DNA of 63,171 nt, filler included, from Rhabdomonas costata (lineage: Eukaryota), in NCBI GenBank assembly GCA_019059605.1. It is 27 parts of 27 records of this genome, joined end to end, with 100 filler letters (N's around TTAATTAATTAA, not from the genome) between each part and the next. Parts side by side here need not be neighbours in the genome. Positions count along the whole stretch, not along the records: positions 46,882 to 49,123 come from JAHMHO010004593.1; positions 49,224 to 51,465 come from JAHMHO010004594.1; positions 51,566 to 53,807 come from JAHMHO010004595.1; positions 53,908 to 56,148 come from JAHMHO010004596.1; positions 56,249 to 58,491 come from JAHMHO010004597.1; positions 58,592 to 60,830 come from JAHMHO010004598.1; 21 more parts are not named here. One strand, written 5' to 3'. The notes under the pieces were generated by a model. The model made no database searches. It worked only from the letters and a program-made list of their open reading frames with translations, and was not told the DNA's origin. The number at the start of each line of letters is the position of its first letter. Position 1 is the first letter of the stretch. Shown here one piece after another: positions 47,111 through 58,986 of this stretch. The position numbers and the translations under genes were made by a program.

Positions 47111-49029
47111 ATCATTTCCTACCTTGCCTACCTAGTATTTCAGCTGCGAACGCACTCCGAGTTTTTCGAGGATGGGTCTCAGAACGTATGCGTCACGATT
47201 CGGTGTTCACTGTTCTTCTTGCTATTCTTTCAACGTTTCAACGTTTTTTGTGCATGGGGACCGCACGGACGCTGCAGATACTGACAACGGTCACCACATT
47301 CTACACCAACGCGGAGATCCTCCTTTTTGCCCTATCACTCAGAATGAGGATGAGCGCCCAAGATTTCCTCTTTACTTCGCCCTGACCGTTCTGGGGGTGG
47401 AAATGTACCTGATCTCCTGGTTGAGTGACCGCCTGGTGGACAGCCTGCAGCCTATGGTTCAGGTGCACCCCTATTTGCGCCCACCTCAACGCTCAGCGCC
47501 GGCAGTATGTGGAATCCATGTTTTCTAAATATTGAGAACCGCGCGTTGACTCGAGTGCGAATTCTTGTATGCTTTTTGTTCTTTGCTTCAAAATTTTCCT
47601 TAGATCCATTGGTAATCCGGTTTTTTCTGCATCTGCTTTCACTTTTCACTCCTATCTTTGTAGCCGTCCGTAGGGACTGCGCATTTCTTTTGTGGACTTT
47701 GCCTGCACTGCCCTCTTAGTTTCTGCACAAGTCTACAAAGAGTTGCGTGGTTGAATTGCGGATCACAGGAGATCGGCCTGAGTGAGCTCTTCGTGGGGTT
47801 CATCTTAGTCCCGCTGATCGGGAACGTGGCCGAGATGGCCACAGCGGTGCTGATGGCGTGGCACGGCCGCGTGGGTATCTCCATTGGGGTCGCCGTGGGA
47901 AGCAGCATCCAGGTGGCGATGTTCGTTCTGCCCCTCATGGTGTGTGGCGCACCCGCTTCTCACGGTTCCCCTTGTCGTTGTGTCTGGACAATGTTCATAA
48001 GGCAAACCTTCGGAATCCCGGCCCAAGGAACTCAATGAGAAACCGGAAGGAATCACTGAAAGCAACCACTTTTAATACACACTAGGAGTGAAAAAAGCAC
48101 AAAAACTCTCCAGATCAAATAAAGAAAACATGGCTAATTTGCACAGAAGAGAAGTCTCCCTAACCCTAGGAAAGTTGCTGGGGGTGCATGGCCCCTTAAC
48201 CCCCTGCGAGAAATCTACTATCCTTCGGGCCGGGATTCCGAAGGGCTGCCGTTCATAATTACCTGCGTGCTTGGCTCACTTCTCGCCAATTTATTGCATG
48301 AGTCTTACTGCAAACCTTCTTTTGAGTTTTTGTTGCCACTTGGACGACTTTTCCTTCACTGGTGACTTCTCTAAAATATCAGATGTTCTTTATATTCTTT
48401 GCTTTGAGTGCTTTGGCAGGTGATTCCAGGCTTGGCACCATCCGCCTTTTTGACGAGTTGGCACTTGAAAAGTCACGCCCTGGGCATGACTGACCAGTCA
48501 TGTGCACGCCTTGCCACAGTGAGCGAAGAAATGACGTGAAGGAGCCCCTTTCTACTCGGCTGCGGAACCTAGACAACCTCACCCTCGTTTCTTCCTCATT
48601 TGTTTTTGTTTGGTTCTTTCCTTGCTGGGGGTGCGGCAGGTGCTTGTGTCATGGGCCATGGGGCGGGACCTCGACCTGAACTTCAAGGTGTACACCACCG
48701 TCGCGCTGTTCGCCAGCGCTGTGCTGATCACGGTGATGGTTCGGGATGGCCGCAGCAGCTGGCTGGAGGGCCTGCTGCTGCTTCTGGCATACATCATGGT
48801 GGGCAGCAGCTACCTCTTCCTGGCACCTGGCGTCATGGAGGTATGTGTGTGCTGTGTTTGTGCGGCATCGATGCGCCAGTGTGCCTGTGTGATATGGGAA
48901 AAAGACGTCTGGAGCCCAAGCGTACGCTTGCCTGTGTTATTTGACAGGTTCTACCTCTTCACACCCTCCTAAATAATGCCGTTGCTAACCCATATTGCAC
49001 ACAGCTGGCACGGATTCGCATCAACGTAG
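47111..49029 (+). CDS. CAX: Ca2+/H+ exchanger (CAX family), 3' half. Exons 47111-47185, 47343-47462, 47769-47939, 48640-48840, probable last exon 48948-49029
   Basis: YLAYLVFQLRTH, GLSELFVGFILVPLIGNVAEM, SIGVAVGSSIQVAMFVLP, DLDLNF, DGRSSWLEGLLLLLAY. Four phase-0 GT-AG introns. Confidence 0.93.
48001..48250. mobile_element. 250-bp MITE with ~29-bp terminal inverted repeats and 8-bp target-site duplication, in a CAX intron
   Basis: Left end GGCAAACCTTCGGAATCCCGGCCC-AAGGA. Reverse complement of right end GGCAGCCCTTCGGAATCCCGGCCCGAAGGA. GTTCATAA abuts both ends (47993-48000, 48251-48258). Confidence 0.9.
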
Positions 49030-49461
49030 CCCGAATGGAGCGCGGGTATCTCTGCTGGACGAAAGGAAACGAAAAATGGATGGCGGTGGGCGTGGACATC
49101 CTGCTCCTTGTCCACCCCCCCACNNNNNNNNNNNNNNNNNNNNNNNNNNNNNNNNNNNNNNNNNNNNTTAATTAATTAANNNNNNNNNNNNNNNNNNNNN
49201 NNNNNNNNNNNNNNNNNNNNNNNGACCTTTCACAGAAATTCAACTGACCTTCCTTTTCGTTGTTTTGGTTGTCGGCTCATAATGCTGTTATATCCCAGCA
49301 GAAAATTATGGGATTGTCTACGTTGATGCAGTTTGCTGCTGTTTTCATATTGGCTCTGTGCGCACGAAGTGGCGCACGAGATTTAGGAACTATGTCTGGT
49401 TTTTGATTCACGCGTGTTGATTGTGGATTACCTTATTTGTCCGTTGGGATGGGTGGGCCAG

Positions 49462-50245
49462 GAGATATGCTTTGGGTGTCACTCCGCAACCCGCGACCGG
49501 AGCCACGGCCCCGCGGTGAACCCCCGCAAGCTGCACGTCGGCAACCTCCCCAGCGACTTCCGCACGGACGGGCTGAAGCAGCACTTCAAGCGCTTCGGGG
49601 ACATTGTCGACGTGATGGTGATGCCCGGGAAGGACAATACGGCGTACGGTTTTGTGGAGGTGCGCCTGTGCATCCCCTCATCAACGATTAAAAATGATTT
49701 TTTCTGTTATATCATTCGAAACGAAATGACAATTTTTCAAGTTCCCATTGTTGTTTTGATGCGGAATTGTAAATGATTTGGGCTGTACTCTCGGCCAGTC
49801 GGGAGATTTCTGAACCGTGTTGCAGTGCATCACGGCATATGATGCCCTCTCTTGCCATCGCCCTGGAGTTCGACAGGCGTAGTCACAGGGTAAGCAGTAT
49901 ATCGTCAGTCCTCATCGTTGTTCGGGCGCAATCTTCCTCCCCCATCTGCATCCTCCTCCTCCACCAAAAAATTTACTTTGTGCTCCTTAGCGCCTTAACA
50001 TCTCATTTTGCGGTGAATCCGGTCGGCTCCCTTCCAAGCAATCAGCATCCCGGGAAATTTGAGGCTCTACAAGTTGGCAATGGGCGCATTCTTTTTCATG
50101 ATCGTAATCCCGCCCCAAAGTTTGCCCACGAGTCGGACGCGATGAAGGCTCTGGATGCCGAGCATGAGGTGGAGGGCCGCCGCTTGGACGTCGAGCGGTC
50201 TAAGCCCGACGTGAAGAAGATGATGAGCAGCCGGGACAGGCGAAG
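49462..50245 (+). CDS. RRM protein preceded by a probable RanBP2-type zinc-finger half. Exons 49462-49659, 50121-~50245
   Basis: EICFGCH...RKLHVGNLPSDFRTDGLKQHFKRFGDIVDVMVMPGKDNTAYGFVE|FAHESDAMKALDAEHEVEGRRLDVERSKP. RNP2 and RNP1 are intact across the intron. Confidence 0.88.
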
Positions 50246-52635
50246 GCAAATCCTTTCCTTCCTTCCTTCCTTCCTTCCTTTCTCTCTTCACATCGTTCCT
50301 TCCCTTCACTCTTTTTCTGTTGCGGTTGCTCTTTCGTCTCACCCGAAACAAAGAGCAAAGGGGACGTCTTGAATAGAATAAGACCTGCACATGACATTGT
50401 AGCAAAGCGTCACGTGCGGCCGGTTTCTGTCCCCGGTCCACACACAAGAATGGTACAAAACACAGGTCCGCGCCCAACCGTCTCCTCCTCCTCCTACTAT
50501 TGCTCCTACTAATACTCACAGTCACCGCCTCAAGGCGGGAGCATCGTCTCAGTTCAGCATCCGCTCTCAGCAGCTACAACCAATACTGATTGATCTGCAC
50601 AGAAGCGGGGAGCTTGCTGGTGGTCAACTTTATCTACTTGAGTTTTAAAAAGGTTCCCATCTCGCCAGATACCGTATTGACATTCCAGACTGCATCCTCT
50701 CAGGTGGTCCTGGTTTCATTCATTTTCCGCTTGTTTTGTTTTTTGGGTATGTACATATATCATTATCATTCAGCCAAATACAGACAGGCCCTGGAAAAGC
50801 TGGCGAACCAGCTATAAAAAGCAATGTAGATTCGTACTTACAAAGTTCATCTCAATTTTTCAGGGATATACCGAGGTTTCCAGACGTGCGGGTGACAATA
50901 GCTTTTGTTCTTGGTCTCTCACTTTTGACGTGGCACGGGCCATATGCTGCATATGCTGCATATGTTTTCCATGGTGTGGGAATTTTGCTTTCTCCCCACG
51001 GAGATGCCTAGTTGATCATTGCGTAACGATCGACTAAAGATTTTGTTGATGATATACTAACAGGTGCAGCATTATCCCTTTAGGCAATCCCTGATGGGCA
51101 CCGTCCCTCCACCCACGCCCGCATAACCACACCTGGTTCGATGCGCTGCCCCCCTTCGCCCACCGACCGGGAAGTGGCCTCCTGAAGGCGTTGCCTGTGA
51201 TAAAGACAAAGACACAGCAATGTGATGCCCCAAAACAGAAGGGAACAGTAACAAAGCACGATTTGCACAAAATGCGAATCCGGCATACCTCTTCGATGGA
51301 GGCCAATGAGCGTCTGCAAACTGTGAGCCCCGCCCCAGCACACAAATGCCCTGCCATTCGCTTTGTTCGCCACTACAGTGACAATTAAGGACGCGGTTTG
51401 TTTGCGAAATCCAGTATAATTGAATTGAAAATCGACAACTACTCAAACAGAGCATCACAACACCCNNNNNNNNNNNNNNNNNNNNNNNNNNNNNNNNNNN
51501 NNNNNNNNNTTAATTAATTAANNNNNNNNNNNNNNNNNNNNNNNNNNNNNNNNNNNNNNNNNNNNTGTTGCCCCCCAACTTCCGTTGCACCTAAATTCTA
51601 TGGAACGCACCTCAGACTTAAAGCACTGTGGACCAACAATGTTCTTTCACCATCCCTTGCGATTCTCTTTCATGCGTATCTTAGCGTATGCACTTCCTTC
51701 TTCAGTAGACTCTTGCTCGTTTCCTCGATGCAGGCTGTGGTTTTCATCATCTGCTGGAAGATTTGGGGGAAGAACTTCAGTTCTTCCTCGTCCCCTTCTA
51801 CACCCACCCCTGCGGTCAACGCAACCTCTGCCGTGGCCAACACCTTGACTGCGGTGCTTCGCCCCAAAAGATAAGCAGGCGAGGGGTTGGCAGCTGTCTC
51901 ACCTTGTCTAGTCCTTCATCTGGTGTCATGCGTTGTAGTTCGTCCGGGATGCAGACACTGGTCATGCCAGGCTCAAGTTTAACCACCTTTGCTGGTTATA
52001 ATGGTTTGCGTGGAGAACCTCTTGGCCACGCCTCGGTCGGTTGGGAAGCAGCGTTGTGCAATCCCCAGCTCATCTGTGCATTCTTGCCCTTGTAGAATTC
52101 CAAATGCTTTGTGCTGTGTGCTGCACGTGTTCACGTGTGCAACTGCTTGTGTTCAGTGCACTTTGGTGTTGTTGGCGCGGTTGGTTGTTCTGACGAGGTG
52201 ACATTACGACATTGGACTTTTGGGTGCTGAACACCACGTCTAATTCTTGAATCATTACGCTTCATTTATTATCTAACGGAACGTCATCTATTATGGTCAA
52301 GGGCCAGGTCCTCAGCAGCTCGACCATTTTGATCATCATTTTTCCCGTAGCTTTTATCGATCTCGGCAGCTGCTAGGTTACGTAGAGACTTTAGCATCAT
52401 CCGATTATACCTAATAGCATCATCATGATCACAATCATACTCATAATCAAAATCCGAAAAGAGTTGGCGAATAAAGGTTAGATCATCATAATAGAGACTT
52501 ACAGAAACGTTCTGCTATTCAACTCACCTTTTTCCCACTTTTCATCGCCCAGGTCAACGATTTGTGCTTTCTTTAACTCTGCAATTCTCTGGGGAAAAAC
52601 TCACACACGCACACGTTTACACGCACACTGCAAAG

Positions 52636-53632
52636 ATGGCGCTCACCTTGCGGATCGTTCACATCACGGACGTGTACAAGCTGGACAACTTCCCCAGCCT
52701 GAAGACACTTGTGAAGCAGAAAAAGGCCGAGTGTCCCAACACCATCTCTATCTTCACCGGGGACTTCCTCGCGCCCTCCCTGCTCTCCAGCCTGGACAAG
52801 GGCTCCGCCATGATGCACATGATCACCAAGGTAAGCTCCGCCCCGCGTGACTTTGCCTTGTGTTTTGGTCTGCTGCCCGGAAAGAAACCGGCCGCACGTG
52901 ACGCTTTGAGTGTAGACGTGTAGACCTCATAATGAATGAGCTGTCTCCTTCAGTGTGACCGTTCACGGTATTTACATGGAGGCCGTTACTGTGCCTCCGT
53001 GGTGTCGAATACCAAGTGCCCCACGTATCCAGTGCATATGCCCAGCAGCCCAGACTTGCGACAGTGTCATCCAATATGTTTCTTTTCGTGCTTCGTGTTT
53101 CTGGCACAAAAAGCCGATTTCTAGGCTTTGTCATGTGTTGTTGTATTGTTCGTTGTTTCAAACCGGCAATTAAAAACTCCTCCAGTTTTTGCGTCACCCA
53201 CCATGCCCTTTTGAGGGACGCAACAAGGGGTAGAATGTTTGCACAGCAGGTGGACCTGCGTCTGCCTGTCTAGTCAACTCCACTGTGACAGTGGGAGTGC
53301 TCGTTGCAATAGGTGCCCATCACGTACCTCACCTGGGGAAACCACGAGGCCGATATCCCGCACTACGACGTGTGCCGGCAGTGCTACCACTACCACAAGG
53401 CCGGGGGGATCTTCATCAACTCCAACATGCAGTCCCACGAGATGATGCCCCTGCAGAAGCCCTTCGAGGTGCTCACCGTGAAGAGCGTCTTCGGGGCGGG
53501 TGAGCACGAGCACGTCCGGAAGGTCGGCTTCATCGGGGTGCTGACCAATGATCCAGCCCTGTACCGCAAGTTCAAGGCTCCCGGGGCCTTCAATGGGGCC
53601 AAGATCGAGTGCCCCTGGGAGACTCTACGGAA
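52636..53632 (+). CDS. 5'-nucleotidase-like metallophosphoesterase, 5' part. Exons 52636-52830, 53313-53632
   Basis: LRIVHITDVY, GDFLAPSLLSSLDKG, TWGNHEAD, FINSNM, KVGFIGVLT are calcineurin-like phosphoesterase motifs in the expected order. Confidence 0.9.
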
Positions 53633-56291
53633 GTAGATCCCTCATTTCCTTCTATTCTTGCTTGACTGATGACAGTGGGTCATGGTGTCGACTTCACGGA
53701 CGTTATAGAGCGAAAGGCCCGGGACGCGAGCGTGGGCGTGGCCCCCTCTTCCCCCTTCCCTCTACTATGCAATAAATTCGCCTTGAGCGAAATACGGACC
53801 AACAAAANNNNNNNNNNNNNNNNNNNNNNNNNNNNNNNNNNNNNNNNNNNNTTAATTAATTAANNNNNNNNNNNNNNNNNNNNNNNNNNNNNNNNNNNNN
53901 NNNNNNNGGGTGTGGGGTCAGAAGAAAATGAAAGGATCCCAGAAGCCGCGTCTTCGCCACCGAGCGACAAGAAGACTGGGCAAGCGCAGAGGGTTGGAGC
54001 TCCTTGGAACCGCGGCGTAGTGCACCACTGAGGTTTCCAAAGAACCTCCGCCCAGCAGCAGAGGGGTGATCCGTAATCCGTTAATGAGCATTCTCAACAC
54101 CCCCGAGAGGTGGGAAGCTCTTTTTTAGAGTTGGGAAGCTCTACATGAGGAGCAAACTGAGCAAACCAATGCGGTACAGATGGCGTCGCAATGTCTGGGG
54201 TATCGTTGTTGATGAACAAGTGAATAAAAACATGTGAATAAGTTTCGTTGTGGATTATCGCGTGAGCAGCCACCCACTCTTGATTTTCAAGGTACCTGAA
54301 GCTTCTTTACCCGTGACGAGAAGTGACGAGGTAACGCGAGATCGCGACGCACCTTCTGGGCGGAGCCTTCCGAAGTGGAAGCTTCCTCCGCGAGGCCCAC
54401 TCCTCGCCCGCAGGAGGGGGGCATCCCTCCGCAGGCTTGGCAGGGAGCGGTGGGGCCCTGGCGGCAGAAGAGCTAAGGTGCGCAGCCTCCTGAACAAGCC
54501 TCCGCCTCCGAACGGCAAGGGTGGGCCGGGATGGCGGCTGGGTCACCGCCTTGTTCGCAGTTACCCCTGCGGGCCGGGCACTGCTTGGGCGAACAGGCTC
54601 GCCCATTCAGGGAAGGGATTATGGTACACAGCACCAAAGGGGGGCTACAGCACTACCACAAAAAAAAGCATCATGCGTCATTGACATGCACAATTTCAGG
54701 ACAAACAAATAGACATGAGCGAAGAATAGAGCCTCTGAAGCGAACACAGCAAAACAAGCGTTTCAGTGTTCAGGGCATCCGTAAACGTGCTCAAAATGGA
54801 GCGAGGAACGGGACATCGCCCACCGTTTGCTGCAGAGAAGCTCAAGCTCATCTATGCGATGAGATAAAAGTTTGGCCCAAGGGCATCACCTCGCCGGGTT
54901 GTACAGATATGCCGCGTATGCCAAAGAGGGTCTTCCAGGGAGCGGAACACCTACACTACAGGGAGCGGTAATAGAGCATTATATGTTGAACACGCACCAT
55001 CGGCATCAACAAAGGTCACGCACATCAGATGCTCAACGAAAACAACGCAGCTAGGCCAGCTCTGAATCCAAATCTGTTCTTCTGGAAGTGCTGTGCCAAG
55101 ATCTCTCAATGGTCATTTGCAACCAAAACAATTGTCAAAATTGGTCGACTGTAAAGTAGCACAACTTCTTTTAAGAGAATCTTGAGCCCAAAAGTGCGCA
55201 AGGAGAGAATAGCGTTGAAATGTGAAAATAGGCTTCCCCCTACAAAAATGTTCAAGTTCAAACCGGCTTGGATATACGGTGCTCAAAAAGCCAGTCCACC
55301 CCCATTCGACCTCTCTTCTCAAAGGCACAATGGCAAAATTCAGACAGGTAAGGTTATAAGAATGCAGCATAACCATCTCGCTGCCAGTTTAGCAGGTCTC
55401 GGCCCAGTCCCTGCAGCGTAACAAGGCCCGGATCACCCGATGCCCTCGCCGCACGAGAAGGCGGTCCGAATCCAGATCCAACTCCACCAGAACGCCGGTA
55501 GCTCATTCGTACGTCGTTGCCCGAATCACGAAGCGGCGGCCGAGCGACGCGAGGGGGGGGGGTCCCCTGAAAATCCGCAGCCTGCCTGCAACCATCGGCA
55601 TCAACAAAGCGTTTCCTGGACGACCTTAGCGAAGGCCCCAGAAAGGAGGAGCCGGGCACAATAGTGAAGCATGGCGCTTCACCCCTTCTGCCCATCTGCC
55701 TTAACTTCACCCATTATGCTCGGGTTTCCTTGCCCTCACGGAAGCACTAGCAAGTCCCTCATGTGCACGGTCATCGCGGCGAAGGGGTGGCACTGGTGCT
55801 CCCCAGTCCGCACATCCACTGTGGAGGAGTTCACCACGCGGTCGCAGTCCGACACCGGCTCGGCCATCATGGCGTGCGGGGGTCTGGCCCATACCAGGGC
55901 CCTCACACAGCTGTGGCATTCCCTGCAGCTTGGCGGAGGGGAGGCCTTCAGAGGAAACCGAAACCCCACGCAGGACGCACAGGAGGGGCACTGCGGAAAA
56001 GCAGACGCCGGGTCAGAAACCAAGCAGAGAACGTCCCGAAGAACGGAGAGGTACCCTGACAGGATGCGGTTCTTCGGCTCAACGATGTCAATTCTAAAAA
56101 AAAAAAGGCACAAAGGTCACGCACATGCAGATACTAAACGTAAACAAANNNNNNNNNNNNNNNNNNNNNNNNNNNNNNNNNNNNNNNNNNNNTTAATTAA
56201 TTAANNNNNNNNNNNNNNNNNNNNNNNNNNNNNNNNNNNNNNNNNNNNGTGTTTTTTTTATGCCATTTCTCCGCATGTCTTTTTTGTACAG

Positions 56292-56666
56292 GCTCCGAGC
56301 GTCAAAGTTGACCCTCAACAACTGGCTGAACTGCAAGGCTTCTACGTGGACAGCAAGCCGAGCATTGAGGTGACGGCAAAGGATCTGAACAGTGACCGTT
56401 TCCTCGCGTTTCGCTACACTAAAGAGGGGACATTTGTTCGAAATGACTTGTACGGCAGGGCGTTCCCGTTCTTCTCCTTATGGGTTCGGAGACCCTACTA
56501 TGACGACAAGGGGAAATTAGACGGTTCTGTGCCGGACGAGTTCCTGGACAAGGCGCTTTGGAATGAAGAAAAGCAGATTTTGAGAGACTACAGCGACGCA
56601 TTGAGAGCCTTCACGAAGACCGCAAGACGCAAGCCCAAACGATGGAACAGTGTCAATCTATTTTGA
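56292..56666 (+). CDS. Probable terminal exon of an unknown protein
   Basis: After a T-rich tract and CAG, a 124-codon open frame APSVKVDPQQLAELQGFYVDSKP...KRWNSVNLF*. No family recognised. Confidence 0.5.
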   Translation, partial: APSVKVDPQQLAELQGFYVDSKPSIEVTAKDLNSDRFLAFRYTKEGTFVRNDLYGRAFPFFSLWVRRPYYDDKGKLDGSVPDEFLDKALWNEEKQILRDYSDALRAFTKTARRKPKRWNSVNLF

Positions 56667-57354
56667 TGACTTGCCAATGTTTCATTGAAATGTTGTCCAT
56701 TTGTTATTTCTCACATTTGTGATTTTCAGATGGTTATGTTTTCTCATCTGGATTTGTTCCCTGACTGTCCTTTGTGGAACTGTCTGACCTTGTCTGTGGG
56801 TCGCTTGTGGTGACGCCTTGGGTGCGCCCGAATTCATTTTGACCAGGGCGGGGTGGTGAATGGAAAGGCATTTCTCCTTTTTAGCCTTTTTCAGGAGGCA
56901 ACGGCGATGAGCAGGACGAGCAACAAGAACGAGGACAAGGAGAAAACCCGAAAGGGGAGAACACTATTCTATGACAAAATCCCAAAATACATCTCATCTT
57001 TGTAAAACTTCAATTTTCCATTGTGAAGTAAAATTCGGTCAAACCCATAACTGCGTATTCCCACAATCCGAACCTATGGCTACTTCGAATTTTTCTCTCA
57101 TCATCCCTTCGACGCCAAAGCTTCGCCAATGCGTCAGCGCGCGTCCTTTTAAACAAACGGCGTAGGATGCACAATCCGGATGTCGACAAACCTTTTTTTA
57201 TTTTTTTTTATTTTTCACAAACAACGCGTTATGCCCGAGGCGCAGATTAGGAAATAAATGTGACGGCGAAGCTCCGCCACAAATTGGATGGATTCTTTTC
57301 TTGGACATAAGAAATAGAACTTCTTATACATTGCATAGTAGAAGGTCTAATTTT

Positions 57355-58083
57355 CTACTTTTGCAGCGCAGAACGCGCCCATTCCTTGATTACAGGTTTT
57401 CGTTTTGATGTCTGAACATCAGTAAGACTCAAACCGCTTTTTTTGAATTGTCTTTTCTGGGTTCTTGCTGTTTTCATAGCTGTGATGGTTGGTCCCCGTG
57501 ATGTTTTACCCAGTGCATCCACACCATACACAGGTTGCAGTTCATAATACTTGTATGACTTTCCGTCATCGAGTATGTAGCTGTGCGGTGTGCTGGAAAT
57601 AATGGTGTGTATGGTTTTTGACCACTTGGTGTCAGTTCCTTTAGAGAATTTCCCGCGAATTATACTGTGTCTGGCACGCTGACCAATGTCAAAAATTTCT
57701 TCTTCTGGTAGTGCTTTAAGATATTTTTTGTTGTTTAAACGTTCGATATCATCATCAATCTCTAGTACTTCGGCTGGTATTTTTTAATACCAGTATGATA
57801 ACTATGATTGTAATTATATATGAGATCTGGTAAAACATCTATATAATTAGTGGTGTTGTGCTGCACTTGGTACATTTGTATTTTTTGGCGTAGTGTTCTA
57901 ACGAAACGATCTACGATAGCAAGTTTGTTGTGTTCTCCAACCTGCACATGGTTCCTTTTCTCGCCAATCGTTTTACAAAGAGTTCACTTATGAACTCACT
58001 ACCTAAATCTGTTGTTACTACCAATGGCGAAATTAGGTTTATGATATCTTCAAGAGCTGTAATAACTGTGTGCGCATCTTTTT
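57355..58083 (-). mobile_element. Polinton/virophage/PLV-type rve integrase remnant (5'-truncated, two frameshifts)
   Basis: AT-rich and intronless. KDAHTVITALEDII...VVTTDLGSEFISELF, then HVQVGEHNKLAIVDRFVRTLRQKI...NYIDVLPDLIYNYNHSYHTGIK, then IPAEV...FDIGQRAR...FSKGTDTKWSKTIHTI...YILDDGKSYKYYELQPV...*. Frame breaks near 57950 and 57783. Confidence 0.85.
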
Positions 58084-58986
58084 CTTACGGTCGTATACTC
58101 AAACCTGTTTTATACGTACTATAATAATATACCGAACTATCCATAAAACGCATTCCTGTATTTTCAACGTATATAGGTACATTTGTATGAAGAACTTTTT
58201 TAAAGTTGTGTAACTTTTGTAAAGTTGTAATTCATTAAATATTCATTGTGTTCTTCTGAACACCTTTAGAGGGAATTTTTTCACACATCCAACACTCACA
58301 GCTTCACAGGGGACAGCGTGTTAGTGCGTCAGGTGAGGAAGGTGAAAAAAGTAGCAGAGGGAGGACGCAGAGGAATAGGTGCACGAAACAGTAACCACGA
58401 GACCCTGGAAGCTGTGAGTGTTGGATGTGTGAAAAAATTCCCTCTAAAGGTGTTCAGAAGAACACAATGAATATTTAATGAATTACAACACNNNNNNNNN
58501 NNNNNNNNNNNNNNNNNNNNNNNNNNNNNNNNNNNTTAATTAATTAANNNNNNNNNNNNNNNNNNNNNNNNNNNNNNNNNNNNNNNNNNNNTTTTTTGTG
58601 TGTGCGTGCAATATTTCAACCGCACCGCGGTGATGCCTTCTCGCCCCGCATGTGGTGGAGGGATTTGAGTGCGGGGGAGCGCGGAGAGTTGTTTGCTCCC
58701 ATCCTTTTCATTCCCTTTCCCTCTGGACGACATGTACTCGGTTGAGACATGTCGTCATGAGCTCGAAGTTGAAACCCTTCCGGATCCGGAAAGCTTGAAT
58801 TTGAAGTCATCGGTTGGGTCATTGGTTGCTGCTGGTTGCTGTTGGTTCGCATGTTCGCGGCTGCCGAGAGGATTTCTGAAGGAACCATTTTTGACGGAGA
58901 GGTCTTCTGATTTTTACCGTTCTTTGGTCTGCAGTTGCAATGCAGACCCTCTGTGTGACGCCCGTGGTTCTGCTTCTATTTTTCAG

